Shown here: one piece after another, positions 8,290 through 18,488 of the stretch
Layout: each line of letters starts with the position of its first letter
Position numbering within the stretch: position 1 is the first letter of the stretch
Assembly: GCA_965279375.1 (NCBI GenBank)
Contig: OZ257156.1
Span: 2,880,001 to 2,944,000, forward strand
Length of the DNA: 64,000 nucleotides
Source of the DNA: Gemmatimonas sp.
GTDB lineage: Bacteria > Gemmatimonadota > Gemmatimonadetes > Gemmatimonadales > Gemmatimonadaceae
Reading direction: 5' to 3'
Notes under the pieces: generated by a model
Database searches by the model: none
What the model was told of the DNA's origin: nothing
Seen by the model: the letters and a program-made list of their open reading frames with translations, nothing else
Made by a program: the position numbers and the translations under genes

Positions 8290-9582
8290 ATGTTCGATAC
8301 GACGACGCGCACGGTGGTGGTGGTCGGCGCGCAGTGGGGCGACGAGGGCAAGGGAAAGCTGGTGGACGTCCTTGCCGAAAAGGCCGACTGGGTGGTGCGC
8401 TATCAGGGCGGCGCCAACGCCGGACACACTGTGCACATCGGCGACAAGTCGTTCGTGCTCCATCAGATACCGAGCGGCATCCTGCACCCCGGTGTGCGCT
8501 GCGCGATCGGCAACGGCGTGGTGATGGATCCCGAGACGCTCTTCGTGGAAGTGGATGAGCTCGTGGCCGACGGCGTGGACGTCGAAGGACGGCTCTATCT
8601 GTCCGAGCGCGCGCACCTCGTCATGCCGTACCACAAGGCGATGGACAAGGCCTCCGCGGCCAGCAAGGCGATCGGCACGACTGGGCGCGGCATTGGGCCC
8701 GCGTACGAGGACAAGGTGGCCCGCCGTGGCGTGCGCGTGCTGGACCTGCGTTACCCCGAGCGTCTCCGCGAGATGGTCGCCGCCGGCGTGGAGCGGGCCA
8801 ACGCCCAGCTCGAGCGCTCGGGCTCGGACGTGCGAGCCTCGGTGGAAGACTCGATGGCCGCACTGGCGCAGCTGACGCCGCGGCTGCTGTCCATCGCGGA
8901 CGACGTCGGGCTGTGTGTGCACCGCGCCATCAAGAGCGGTGCGGCGATCCTGCTGGAAGGTGCGCAGGGGTCGATGCTCGACATCGATCACGGCACCTAC
9001 CCGTTCGTGACGTCCAGCAACACCACCACCGGCGGGGCAGCAACCGGTGTGGGCATTTCGCCCATGGCGATCGACTACGCGCTGGGCGTGGTGAAGGCCT
9101 ACACGACGCGCGTGGGCAACGGCCCGCTGCCGACGGAGTTCGACGAGCCGCTCCAAACCAACGTGCGCACGCTCGGCAATGAATTCGGTGCCACGACGGG
9201 TCGCGCGCGTCGGTGCGGCTGGTTCGACGGCGTCGTGGTGCGCTATGCCGCGCGCGTGAACGGACTGACGGGCCTCGCGGTCACCAAGCTCGACGTCCTC
9301 GACACGCTCGAGCAGTTGGCCGTGTGCACCGGCTATCGCGTGGACGGCGAAGTGCTGACCGAATTCCCGGCCGACGTGCAGATGCTCGACCGCGCAGAGC
9401 CAGTGTACGAGTGGTTCCCCGGTTGGCGCACGCCCACGCAACACGCGCGCAAGCTGGAAGATCTGCCGTCGGAAGCGCGCGCCTATCTCGACCGCATCGA
9501 ACAGTTGTGCGAAACCCCGATCGCTTTCGTCAGCGTGGGGACACGTCGCGATCAGATCATCGGAGTGCACGCGACCGTCTGA
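8290..9582 (+). CDS. purA: Adenylosuccinate synthetase
   Basis: GAQWGDEGKGK, GGANAGHT, IGTTGRGIGPAY, EGAQG, EFGATTGRARRCGWFD. Confidence 0.98.
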   Translation: MFDTTTRTVVVVGAQWGDEGKGKLVDVLAEKADWVVRYQGGANAGHTVHIGDKSFVLHQIPSGILHPGVRCAIGNGVVMDPETLFVEVDELVADGVDVEGRLYLSERAHLVMPYHKAMDKASAASKAIGTTGRGIGPAYEDKVARRGVRVLDLRYPERLREMVAAGVERANAQLERSGSDVRASVEDSMAALAQLTPRLLSIADDVGLCVHRAIKSGAAILLEGAQGSMLDIDHGTYPFVTSSNTTTGGAATGVGISPMAIDYALGVVKAYTTRVGNGPLPTEFDEPLQTNVRTLGNEFGATTGRARRCGWFDGVVVRYAARVNGLTGLAVTKLDVLDTLEQLAVCTGYRVDGEVLTEFPADVQMLDRAEPVYEWFPGWRTPTQHARKLEDLPSEARAYLDRIEQLCETPIAFVSVGTRRDQIIGVHATV

Positions 9583-10631
9583 TGACGACCGGAGCGGAGT
9601 CCGCGGCCGTTGACGGAGCGGTGGCGTCGGCGATGTCAGTGGACGTGCTCATTGCCGGCGCCGGGCCGTGCGGGCTCGCCTGCGCGATTGCGGCGCAGAA
9701 GGCGGGGCTCTCCGCGGTGGTGATCGATCGTGGACCGATCGTCAGCGGGATCGCGAGCTACCCGACGTACATGTCGTTTTTTTCGACGGCTGAGCGGCTG
9801 TCCATCGGCGGGCTGCCATTCGTGGTGGCCACCGAGAAGCCGACGCGGCGCGATGCGTTGGCGTACTACCGCAACGTGGCCACGCACTATCAGCTCGACG
9901 TGCGCCAGTTCGAGACGGTGCAGTCGTTGACACCCTTCGCTGGGTCCGCCGCGACGGCTGAACGCCCGGCACGCTGGGCGGTGCAGACTCGCCGCCGCAG
10001 TGGGGCATCGGTGGTCTACCATGCACACGCGGTCGTCGTCGCCACGGGCTACTTTGGTCGCCCCAATCGGCTCGGCGTACCCGGAGAGTCACTGCCGCAT
10101 GTGCAGCACGGCTACACCGAAGGGCACAGCGCCTGGAGCGAGCCGGTGGTCATCATCGGTGGCGGTAACTCCGCGGTGGACGCCGCACTGGACATGCATC
10201 GCGCGGGTGCGCGGGTAACCATCGTCCACTTTCTCCCCGAGCTCGACGTCAAGATCAAGCCGTGGGTGCGACCGGAAATCAATGCGCGCATCGCCGACGG
10301 CAGCATTCGCGCGTGCTTCGAGTCGCGCGTCGTGGCGATCGAGGCGGAGCAGGTGGTCATCGCTGGCCCCAACGGCGAGGAGCACGTGCCCGCCACGCAG
10401 GTTTACGCGATGACCGGCTACCTGCCGGAGACCGGGCTGCTGGAGCAGGCGCAGGTCCCGATCGACGCTACAACCGGAATTCCACAGCATGACCCTGCTA
10501 CGATGGCGACGCCCTTGCCGGGTCTCTACCTTGCTGGGGTGATCGCGTCGGGGTTCGACGCGAACAAGATCTTCATCGAGAACGGTCGCGATCACGGCGA
10601 CCGAATTGCTGCCCACGTCATTTCCCACTGA
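9582..10631 (+). CDS. ypdA: YpdA family FAD-dependent oxidoreductase (putative bacillithiol disulfide reductase)
   Basis: [55 protein letters not shown] overlaps the purA stop (TGATG). Confidence 0.87.
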   Translation: MTTGAESAAVDGAVASAMSVDVLIAGAGPCGLACAIAAQKAGLSAVVIDRGPIVSGIASYPTYMSFFSTAERLSIGGLPFVVATEKPTRRDALAYYRNVATHYQLDVRQFETVQSLTPFAGSAATAERPARWAVQTRRRSGASVVYHAHAVVVATGYFGRPNRLGVPGESLPHVQHGYTEGHSAWSEPVVIIGGGNSAVDAALDMHRAGARVTIVHFLPELDVKIKPWVRPEINARIADGSIRACFESRVVAIEAEQVVIAGPNGEEHVPATQVYAMTGYLPETGLLEQAQVPIDATTGIPQHDPATMATPLPGLYLAGVIASGFDANKIFIENGRDHGDRIAAHVISH

Positions 10632-10638
10632 ACCGATC

Positions 10639-11985
10639 ATGTCGAGCACGCCAGACGTCATGGACAAACTCGTGTCGCTGTGCAAGCGCCGCGGCTTCAT
10701 CTTCCAGTCGTCCGAGATCTACGGCGGCACCGGTTCCGTGTGGGACTACGGTCCACTCGGCGTCGAACTGAAAAAGAACATCAAGGATCGCTGGTGGAAC
10801 GCGATGGTGCGTTCGCGCGATGACATCGAAGGGCTCGATGCGGCGATCCTCATGCATCCGCGCACCTGGGAAGCGAGCGGCCACGTCGCCGGCTTCGTGG
10901 ATCCGCTCGTGGATTGCAAGACGTGCAAGGGCCGCTTTCGCGCCGACAAGCTCGAAGACGCACGCTGCCCGCAGAAGCCGAGCAAGCAGCCGGGGCAGGC
11001 CGACCAGTGCCAGCTCACGGAAGCGCGCAATTTCAACCTCATGTTCAAGACGCACATGGGCGCGCTCGAAGAGAGCGCGAGCATCGTCTATCTGCGCCCG
11101 GAAACGGCGCAGGGCATCTTCGTGAACTTCCTGAACGTGCAGCAGTCGATGCGCCAGAAAGTGCCGTTCGGCATCGCGCAGATCGGCAAGGCGTTCCGCA
11201 ACGAAATCACGCCGGGCAATTTCATCTTCCGCACGCGTGAGTTCGAGCAGATGGAGATGCAGTTCTTCGTCGAGCCGGGCACGGACATGGAGTGGTTCGA
11301 CCAGTGGAAGCAGCTGCGCATGCAGTGGCACTACGATCTGGGGCTCTCGCCTGATCGCCTGCGCTTCCATCAGCACAAGGACGGCGAGTTGGCGCACTAT
11401 GCGCGCGCGGCGTTCGACGTGACGTTCGACTTCGGCGGCACGCTCGGCTTCCAGGAAATCGAGGGTGTGCACAATCGTGGTGACTTCGACCTGACGCAGC
11501 ACCAGACGTACTCCAACAAGAAGCTCGAGTACTTCGATCAGGTGAACAACAAGCGCTACGTGCCGTACGTGATCGAGACCTCGGTGGGTGCGGATCGTGT
11601 CACGCTTGCGGCGCTGGTGAACGCCTATCGCGAAGAGAGCGTCGAGGGTGAGGACGAAGGGCGCGTGGTGCTTGGTCTGCATCCATCCATCGCACCGATC
11701 AAGGCGGCGATCTTCCCGCTCACCAAGAAGGACGGTCAGCCGGACTTCGCGCGCAACATCCTCAACGATCTGCGCAAGCAGTTCCCGGTGGACTTCGACG
11801 AAACTGGCTCCATCGGCAAGCGCTACCGTCGTCAGGATGAAGTCGGCACACCGTTCTGCATCACGGTGGACCCGCAGTCACTCACCGATCAAACGGTCAC
11901 CGTGCGTGACCGCGACTCGCTGGCGCAGGATCGCGTGGATGTGAGCCAGCTCTCGGCGTACCTCAGCGCCAAACTCGCGCGCTGA
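10639..11985 (+). CDS. glyQS: Glycine--tRNA ligase, alpha2 (eukaryote-like) type
   Basis: [64 protein letters not shown]. Confidence 0.97.
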   Translation: MSSTPDVMDKLVSLCKRRGFIFQSSEIYGGTGSVWDYGPLGVELKKNIKDRWWNAMVRSRDDIEGLDAAILMHPRTWEASGHVAGFVDPLVDCKTCKGRFRADKLEDARCPQKPSKQPGQADQCQLTEARNFNLMFKTHMGALEESASIVYLRPETAQGIFVNFLNVQQSMRQKVPFGIAQIGKAFRNEITPGNFIFRTREFEQMEMQFFVEPGTDMEWFDQWKQLRMQWHYDLGLSPDRLRFHQHKDGELAHYARAAFDVTFDFGGTLGFQEIEGVHNRGDFDLTQHQTYSNKKLEYFDQVNNKRYVPYVIETSVGADRVTLAALVNAYREESVEGEDEGRVVLGLHPSIAPIKAAIFPLTKKDGQPDFARNILNDLRKQFPVDFDETGSIGKRYRRQDEVGTPFCITVDPQSLTDQTVTVRDRDSLAQDRVDVSQLSAYLSAKLAR

Positions 11986-12009
11986 GTCGTCGTGCGGGGA
12001 CTCGAGCCG

Positions 12010-13440
12010 CTAGCGCAGCGGCTCGAGTTTCCCGAGAATCGTCGGAAGGAATTCCGTGACCGTGGGGTGCACCGGCAAGTAGTCACGGAGCACGGTGTAC
12101 GGGGCGTTCGCAGCCATCATCGCGCAGATCACCTGCACAACTTCGTCGCCGCTGATGCCAAACACCGTCGCGCCGGCGAATCGCTGTGTGTCCGCATCGA
12201 CGATCAGTTTGATGATGCCCTGAGTTTCGCCTTCTTCCTTGGCTCGGCTCACGAGGCGCATTTCGTGTGTTGCGAGGAGGAACTTCCGCCCCGTCGCCAT
12301 CTGTTGGCGGGCATCGGCCTCTGAGATTCCCACGCGACCGATTGGCGGATCCGTGTAGACGGCATACGTAGCAACGCGGCCGTCCGCGGTGCGTGAGCCG
12401 CCCCGGTGATTGGCCAAGACGATCTCGTGGTCCTGCCAACTCGTGTGCGTGAAGGCACCGCGTCGATTCACGTCGCCAAGCGCGTAGATGCCCGGCACGT
12501 TAGTCTGCAATCCGCCGTTAACCGACACGTAGCCTTGCGCATCGGTCGTCACGCCCACGCTCTCCAGCCCCAGCGTCGCGGTGTTCGGCGCGCGACCGGT
12601 GGCCACCAGCAGGTGCGAGCCATGTACCTCGAAGAGTGCACTGTCCTTGCCACGCGTGCCGCGAATCGTCACCGCTGTCCCAGACGTTCCCGCCGCATCA
12701 GTGACCTTGGCACCGACCACGAGCTCGACGCCCTCTTCCCGCAGTAGTTCCTCGAGCCGTGTGCTCACCTCGCGGTCTTCCCGCGCAACGAGTGTGGGCG
12801 AGCCCTCGATGATGGTGACCTGACAGCCAAGGCGCCGAAAGATCTGACCAAGCTCCACGCCGATATAGCTGCCGCCGAGAATCAATAAGTGCGCGGGCAG
12901 GTCGCGAAGCGCGAGAAGGGAATCATTCAACAGTGCGCCAACGCTCGAGAGGCCCGGAACTGGCGGCATCGTCGCCCGCGTTCCGACGTTGAGATAGACC
13001 CGCTCCGCGAGAAATGTCTGCGACCCCGCGCGTACCACGAACGCATCACAGTCTCGACCGTCGAGGCGAGCGAACTCCCGCACCAGCGTGAGATTCGGGG
13101 TGTTCGTCACCCACCGTGTGAGGCCATCCCGGGAGTTCTGCACCACGCCGGCCATGCGCTCCATTGCGGCCGGAAAGTCGACGCGAATCTCGCCGACGTG
13201 TACGCCGAAGTCAGCCGCACGACGCGCCATGTGCGCCACGCGTGCGCTCTTTCGGAGCGTCTTGGTGGGGGTGCACCCCGAATTGACGCATGTGCCGCCG
13301 AGTTGTGCGCCTTCAAAGAGCACGACGGTCTCGCCGTCGCCAGCGAGGGCCGTCGCGAGTGCTGGACCCGCTTGTCCACTGCCGATGACTGCAGCATCGA
13401 CCCGCGTTGCTGCGACGTCGAGTCCATGCGTGGTCGTCAC
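12010..13440 (-). CDS. Class I pyridine nucleotide-disulfide oxidoreductase (MerA/RclA/LpdA-like, no C-terminal Cys pair)
   Basis: IGSGQAG, GGTCVNSGCTPTK redox CxxxxC, GGSYIGVE, HPTVTE. GTG start at 13440 overlaps the DUF427 stop. Confidence 0.88.
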   Translation of the reverse strand: MTTTHGLDVAATRVDAAVIGSGQAGPALATALAGDGETVVLFEGAQLGGTCVNSGCTPTKTLRKSARVAHMARRAADFGVHVGEIRVDFPAAMERMAGVVQNSRDGLTRWVTNTPNLTLVREFARLDGRDCDAFVVRAGSQTFLAERVYLNVGTRATMPPVPGLSSVGALLNDSLLALRDLPAHLLILGGSYIGVELGQIFRRLGCQVTIIEGSPTLVAREDREVSTRLEELLREEGVELVVGAKVTDAAGTSGTAVTIRGTRGKDSALFEVHGSHLLVATGRAPNTATLGLESVGVTTDAQGYVSVNGGLQTNVPGIYALGDVNRRGAFTHTSWQDHEIVLANHRGGSRTADGRVATYAVYTDPPIGRVGISEADARQQMATGRKFLLATHEMRLVSRAKEEGETQGIIKLIVDADTQRFAGATVFGISGDEVVQVICAMMAANAPYTVLRDYLPVHPTVTEFLPTILGKLEPLR

Positions 13441-13718
13441 GGAACGACCTTCACACCCTTCCAGAACGCCACGCGATCCGCGACGGCTTCCGCCCCGCTC
13501 TTGGGCGTCGGGTAGTACCACACTGCATTCGCGTTCTCTGCGCCGTTCACCTGCAGCGTGTAGTAGCTCGCCACGCCCTTCCAGCCACAGGTGGTGTGGT
13601 GATCGCTCTCCTGCACGTACTCACGCGCCAGCGAAGCCATGGGGAAGTAGTGATTCCCCTCGACGACAACCGTGTCGTTGGACTCGGCGATGACGACATC
13701 GTTCCACAATGCTTTCAT
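13437..13718 (-). CDS. DUF427 domain protein
   Basis: MKALWNDVVIAESNDTVVVEGNHYFP...TTCGWKGVASYY...AVWYYPTPK...VAFWKGV. Confidence 0.9.
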   Translation of the reverse strand: MKALWNDVVIAESNDTVVVEGNHYFPMASLAREYVQESDHHTTCGWKGVASYYTLQVNGAENANAVWYYPTPKSGAEAVADRVAFWKGVKVVP

Positions 13719-13767
13719 GTCGGTGCTCCTGATGTGCGCGCGATGGCGCACGGAATGAGAAGTGTCG

Positions 13768-14733
13768 TCAGACCGGCTCGAGCCACGCGACCCAGAACCA
13801 CTGCTTCGCGTCGGTGAACAGCTCGGCGATACGAAATCCACCATCGGCCACGACCTTCTCCAGTCGCGGACGATCGTACTTGTATGAGCATTCGGTGCGC
13901 ACCGTCTCGCCGGCGGCGAAGGTGATCGATTCACCTTGCAGCATGACGTGCTGCGGCGACAGCGCTTCGAGGTGCATCTCGATGCGACTGGCGTTGTCGT
14001 TGAAGAACGCCTTGTGCTGAAAGCCGGCGCGGGAGAACGTCGCGCGGAACTCGCGATTCAGATGCGTGAGCGCGTTCAGGTTGAATTCTGCCGTCACGCC
14101 AGCCGCATCGTTGTAGGCGGCGTGCAGCAGCCGTGGGTCCTTGCGGCGATCGACGCCGAGGATCAGGCCGCCGTTGTCGCCCACTGTGTCACGGACGCGT
14201 CGAAGAAAGGCACTCGCCTCGTCTGGGTGCAGATTGCCGATCGTGGAGCCCGGGAAAAAGCCCACGCGACGCGCCCCTTCGGGCATCTCCGGGAGATCGA
14301 ACGGCTCGGTGTAGTCCGCCCACACCGGCAGCACCGACACCGACGGATACTCGATCGCGCGTTCGGCCGCGACCGCGTGCAGCTGCTCGCGCGAGACATC
14401 CACGGGCACGTACGCTGCGGCGTTGCGCAGCGCGCTCAGCAGATAGCGCACCTTGATGGCCGCTCCACTGCCGAACTCGATGATCGCGGCATTCTCTCCG
14501 ATCCGGTCGGCGAGATCGCCCGCGTGCTCCTTGAGGATCGCGTGCTCGGTTCGCGTGAGATAGTACTCGGGGAGACGGGTGATCTCCTCGAACAGCTCGG
14601 CGCCCCGTGCGTCGTAGAAGAGCGCCGCAGGAAGCGTCTTGGGCGAGCTGCGCAGTCCGTCGAGCGCGGCGGCGCGCAACAGTGCCGGCGCGGCATCGGG
14701 GCCCGCGCCGTAGCGCCATGGTGTTGCCGTCAT
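13768..14733 (-). CDS. egtD: L-histidine N-alpha-methyltransferase
   Basis: PKTLPAALFYDARGAELFEEITRLPEYYLTRTE, EFGSG, FFPGSTIGNL, AYNDAAGVTAEFNLN, RTECSYKY. Confidence 0.95.
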   Translation of the reverse strand: MTATPWRYGAGPDAAPALLRAAALDGLRSSPKTLPAALFYDARGAELFEEITRLPEYYLTRTEHAILKEHAGDLADRIGENAAIIEFGSGAAIKVRYLLSALRNAAAYVPVDVSREQLHAVAAERAIEYPSVSVLPVWADYTEPFDLPEMPEGARRVGFFPGSTIGNLHPDEASAFLRRVRDTVGDNGGLILGVDRRKDPRLLHAAYNDAAGVTAEFNLNALTHLNREFRATFSRAGFQHKAFFNDNASRIEMHLEALSPQHVMLQGESITFAAGETVRTECSYKYDRPRLEKVVADGGFRIAELFTDAKQWFWVAWLEPV

Positions 14734-16004
14734 GCGAGATCCTTGGCCAATCGTATGCCCGTGAACTGCCAGCGGGCATCGCTCGGGAAAAAGTTGCGAT
14801 AGGTAGCGCGTGCATGACTGGCCGGCGTTGCGCACGAGGCACCGCGCAACACCCACTGATCGCTCATCCACTTGCCATTGTATTCGCCGAGTGCGCCGTC
14901 GGAGGCACGATAGCCCGGATAGGCGACGTAGGCGCTCTGCGTCCATTGCCACACATCGCCGAAGAGCTGTTGCATGCCGGACGTGGCGTCGGCGCTGGGG
15001 TGGAACAGCTGCGCGTCGACGTAGCGTCCCGAGAGCGGCGCACCCTGCGCGATCACTTCCCACTCGGCCTCGGTGGGCAGGCGTACACCGGCCCAGCGCG
15101 CATACGCATCGGCTTCGAAGTAGCTGACGTGCGTGACCGGCGCGTGCGGATCGATGAGCGCTGTTCCTGCGAGGGTGAACTCCTGCCAGGCGCCGTCGTG
15201 CTGCTCCCAGTAGAGTGGCGCGCGCCAGCGGAATTCCTGCACCGTGGCCCATCCACGGCTGAGCCACAGCTCCGGACGACGGTAGCCACCATCCGCGATG
15301 AACTCCGCGAATTCGGCGTTGGTTGTGAGGCGATGTGCAACGGCGACATGCTGCACGTACTCGCGGTGCGTGGGGCCTTCGTTGTCGAAATGAAAGCCGT
15401 CGCCGCGGTAGCCGATTTCACGCACACCCGCGTCGATCTCCTTCCAACCGTTGGGCGCTGCGGGCGCACTCGCGCGCGCACTGTCGCGGTAGACGGGACG
15501 CATTGGGTTCGTCCAGAAGACATGCTTGATGTCGGTGAGCAGTAGCTCCTGATGCTGCTGCTCGTGGTGCAGCCCAAGCTCGACGACATCAGCGGCGGGG
15601 TGCGACGGATCTGCCTGTACACGCACAATCAGCTCGTGCATGTGCGCGTCCACGTGCGCGCGGTAGGCGTACACTTCCTCGACCGTCGGTCGCGTGACAA
15701 GTCCTCGCTGGGCCCGACAGTGACGCTCTCCTGCCTGCACGTAGTACGAGTTGAAGAGAAACGCGTACTTGGGATTGAGCGCCGTGTAACCAGGCAGATG
15801 CGGGGCGAGCGCGAACGTCTCGAAGAACCAGCTCGTGTGCGCCAGGTGCCACTTGGTGGGACTGACGTCGGGCATGCTGCTGACGACATAGTCCTCGGTG
15901 CAGAGCGGCGTACACAACTGCTCCGTCGCGCTGCGTACGTCGCGATAGCGCGCCAACAGGTTCGCGGACGCGAGCGCCGTTGGCATGGGAAGGACGGAGG
16001 TCAT
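14730..16004 (-). CDS. egtB: Ergothioneine biosynthesis sulfoxide synthase (DinB_2 + FGE-sulfatase domains)
   Basis: SPTKWHLAHTSWFFETF, FNSYY, HHEQQHQELLLTD iron ligands, RLPTEAEWE, GEYNGK, RNFF. Overlaps the egtD start (ATGA). Confidence 0.95.
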   Translation of the reverse strand: MTSVLPMPTALASANLLARYRDVRSATEQLCTPLCTEDYVVSSMPDVSPTKWHLAHTSWFFETFALAPHLPGYTALNPKYAFLFNSYYVQAGERHCRAQRGLVTRPTVEEVYAYRAHVDAHMHELIVRVQADPSHPAADVVELGLHHEQQHQELLLTDIKHVFWTNPMRPVYRDSARASAPAAPNGWKEIDAGVREIGYRGDGFHFDNEGPTHREYVQHVAVAHRLTTNAEFAEFIADGGYRRPELWLSRGWATVQEFRWRAPLYWEQHDGAWQEFTLAGTALIDPHAPVTHVSYFEADAYARWAGVRLPTEAEWEVIAQGAPLSGRYVDAQLFHPSADATSGMQQLFGDVWQWTQSAYVAYPGYRASDGALGEYNGKWMSDQWVLRGASCATPASHARATYRNFFPSDARWQFTGIRLAKDLA

Positions 16005-16161
16005 GGTTGCGGGGCGGCGGATGGCGGGAGCAACGAGACGGTGCGAAGACGGAGACAGGAAATCTGGTCGGCTCGCGGCCGCGAGACACGTGTCAACCTC
16101 ACTTAACCGTTAGGTGGGCGAGGAGTTCCCGCGCACGCGTCCGCGGGCGACATTCCCGAAT

Positions 16162-16914
16162 ATGGCCCTCGATCTCCGCGTGAGCGCGCTCACACATCGT
16201 TACGCGCAGGTGATCGCGCTGGACTCGGTATCCGTTGCCGTGCCCGCCGGAACGCTGTTGGCGCTCGTCGGAGAAAGCGGGTCGGGCAAGACGACGCTGC
16301 TGCGCACGTTCAATCGCACCGTCACGCCGGCCGCCGGTTCGGTCTTTGTGGCCGATGAAGATGTCACCACGCTCGATCCTGTAAGCTTGCGCCGTCGCAT
16401 CGGGTACGTGCCGCAGTCAGGCGGGCTGCTGCCGCATTGGACCGTTGGACGGAATGTGGCGCTCGTGCCAACGCTCATCGGTGCGCCGGATCCGACCGCA
16501 GCGGCGCGTAGCGCGCTCGAACGGTGTGGACTCGCGCCGGCTACCTACGCCGATCGCTACCCGCATGAGCTGTCCGGAGGCCAGCGGCAGCGCGTGGCCC
16601 TCGCCCGGGCGCTGGCGGCCGAGCAGGGCGCGGTTCTGCTCGACGAATCGTTCAGTGCACTGGACGCGATATCCCGGCACGAACTGATCGAGGCGTTCGC
16701 ATCGATTCGTGCGAAGCTGGGCTTCACGGCCGTGCTCGTCACCCATGATCTCGGAGAGGCCGCGCGACTGGCCGACTCGATCGCCGTCATGCGTGCTGGC
16801 CGCATCGAGCAGGTCGGCACGCTGCATGAACTCATGGCGCAACCGGCGTCGCCGTATGTTGACGAGTTGGTGACTCGGGCGCGAACGTCGGCGAAGTTGT
16901 TGGTGGACGCATGA
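16162..16914 (+). CDS. ABC transporter ATP-binding subunit, osmoprotectant/betaine (OpuA/OsmV-like)
   Basis: GESGSGKT, LRRRIGYVPQ, YPHELSGGQRQR, LLDESF, VTHD. Confidence 0.9.
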   Translation: MALDLRVSALTHRYAQVIALDSVSVAVPAGTLLALVGESGSGKTTLLRTFNRTVTPAAGSVFVADEDVTTLDPVSLRRRIGYVPQSGGLLPHWTVGRNVALVPTLIGAPDPTAAARSALERCGLAPATYADRYPHELSGGQRQRVALARALAAEQGAVLLDESFSALDAISRHELIEAFASIRAKLGFTAVLVTHDLGEAARLADSIAVMRAGRIEQVGTLHELMAQPASPYVDELVTRARTSAKLLVDA

Positions 16915-18488
16915 TGCGCTACGTCGCAGCCGGGTTCATGGCGATGTTGCTGTTCATTCGACCTCTCGAGGCGCAGCGGGACAGCTCGTCCGCGCGCACG
17001 CGCGCGATCGTGGTGGCGTCCAAGCCGTTCGGCGAATCGCTGCTGCTCGGCGAGATGTTCGCGCAGTTGCTCGAGCGCTCGGGGCGTCGCGTGGAACGGA
17101 AGCTTGGACTGGGCGCGACCGATGTGGCGTTTCAGGCCTTACGCGTCGACGCAGTAGACGTGTACCCGGAGTACACGGGCACCGGACTCATCGCGATTCT
17201 GGGCGATTCGGTCACCGCTGCAATGCGTGCCGATCCGCGACGTGCCTTCGCGCATGTGGCGTCGATGAGTCTGCGGCGATTCGGCGTGACGTGGCTCGCG
17301 CCGTTGGGCTTTCAGAACGGGTACGCCATCGCTGTGCGCGCAGAAACGGCGACGCGCTATCAGCTGCGCACGCTGTCCGATCTGGCCGCATCGAAGGCTC
17401 CGCTCGTCGGTGGATTCACCTCCGACTTCATCGGTCGCAATGATGGCTGGCCGGGGTTGCAGCGTGCGTATGGGTTGCAACTCAAGGCGGTCAAGCCACT
17501 CGCGCCGGCGATCAAGTACGAAGCGCTCGCACAGCGTGGTGTCGATATCATCGACGGCTATGCCACCGATGGACTGTTGGCCAAGTACGCACTCGTCGCG
17601 CTCGAAGACGATCGTCGGTTCTTCCCGCCGTACGACGCGGCCGCCGTCGTGTCGCGTCGGTTGGTGCACGACGATCCGGCGGCGCTCGCGGTGCTCACGC
17701 AATTGAGCGGACGCATTACCGAGTCCGACATGCGCGCGTGGAATCGTGCGATCGACGTGGACGCAGAGCCGGTGCCGCAGGTGGCGGCGCGCGCGTTGGC
17801 GTCGCTCTCGCTTAACGCGGATAGCACCGTGAGCGCCGTACCGGTGCGTAGCACGCAGGGCTTCTGGGCCTTCTTCTGGGCGCGGCGCGGTGAAACGCTG
17901 CGCCTGAGCGGCGAACACGCCACGCTCGTGCTGGTCTCGCTGCTGCTCGCGTTGGTGCTCGCCATCCCGCTGGGACTCTGGCTCTCGTCGCGACCGCGTG
18001 TCGCAGAGCCTGTGTTGCAACTGTTCGGCGTGGTGCAAACCGTGCCGAGCATCGCGTTGCTGGTGTTCATGATTCCGTTGCTGGGGATCGGTACCGTGCC
18101 GGCGATCATCGCGCTCTGGGCGTACGCGCTGTTGCCGATCGCGCGCGCCACGTACACCAGTGTGCGGCTCGCGGACCCCGATGCAGTGGCCGCGATTGCT
18201 GCTATGGGCGCGACACGTTCCCAGCAGCTCTGGTGGGTGCGACTGCCGCTGGCAGCACCGGTCATTCTCTCCGGCGTGCGAACTGCTGCCGTGCTCACTG
18301 TCGGTACAGCCACGCTCGGCGCCTTCATTGGCGCCGGCGGACTGGGGGAGCCGATCGTGACCGGGCTTGGGCTCGCGGATCCACGGCTGGTGTTGTCCGG
18401 AGCGTTGCCGGCCGCACTCATGGCGGTGCTCGTCGACGCACTGCTCGCGGCGCTGGCGAAACGACTGGCGCCGCCGCATCTGCGCTGA
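16911..18488 (+). CDS. Fused substrate-binding plus permease subunit of a betaine-type ABC importer (possible ergothioneine importer)
   Basis: N-terminal OpuAC/OsmF-like binding domain (YPEYTGTG, GFQNGYA, YATDG, FFPPYDA); C-terminal permease (QTVPSIALL, AMGAT, GAGGLGEPI). Confidence 0.88.
   Translation: MMRYVAAGFMAMLLFIRPLEAQRDSSSARTRAIVVASKPFGESLLLGEMFAQLLERSGRRVERKLGLGATDVAFQALRVDAVDVYPEYTGTGLIAILGDSVTAAMRADPRRAFAHVASMSLRRFGVTWLAPLGFQNGYAIAVRAETATRYQLRTLSDLAASKAPLVGGFTSDFIGRNDGWPGLQRAYGLQLKAVKPLAPAIKYEALAQRGVDIIDGYATDGLLAKYALVALEDDRRFFPPYDAAAVVSRRLVHDDPAALAVLTQLSGRITESDMRAWNRAIDVDAEPVPQVAARALASLSLNADSTVSAVPVRSTQGFWAFFWARRGETLRLSGEHATLVLVSLLLALVLAIPLGLWLSSRPRVAEPVLQLFGVVQTVPSIALLVFMIPLLGIGTVPAIIALWAYALLPIARATYTSVRLADPDAVAAIAAMGATRSQQLWWVRLPLAAPVILSGVRTAAVLTVGTATLGAFIGAGGLGEPIVTGLGLADPRLVLSGALPAALMAVLVDALLAALAKRLAPPHLR

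Noticed and set aside
7657..9570. 637-aa minus-strand ORF as a large PYP fusion protein
   Set aside because: About 430 codons are the antisense shadow of purA and about 80 cross the intergenic leader. Only the last 128 or so codons are protein-like.
12010..13440. Mercuric reductase merA / mercury resistance
   Set aside because: No C-terminal Cys-Cys pair, no NmerA domain and no merR/T/P genes.
13768..16004. Selenoneine (senABC) or ovothiol cluster
   Set aside because: No SenB glycosyltransferase or SelD/SenC, no fused C-terminal methyltransferase and no in-frame TGA seen.
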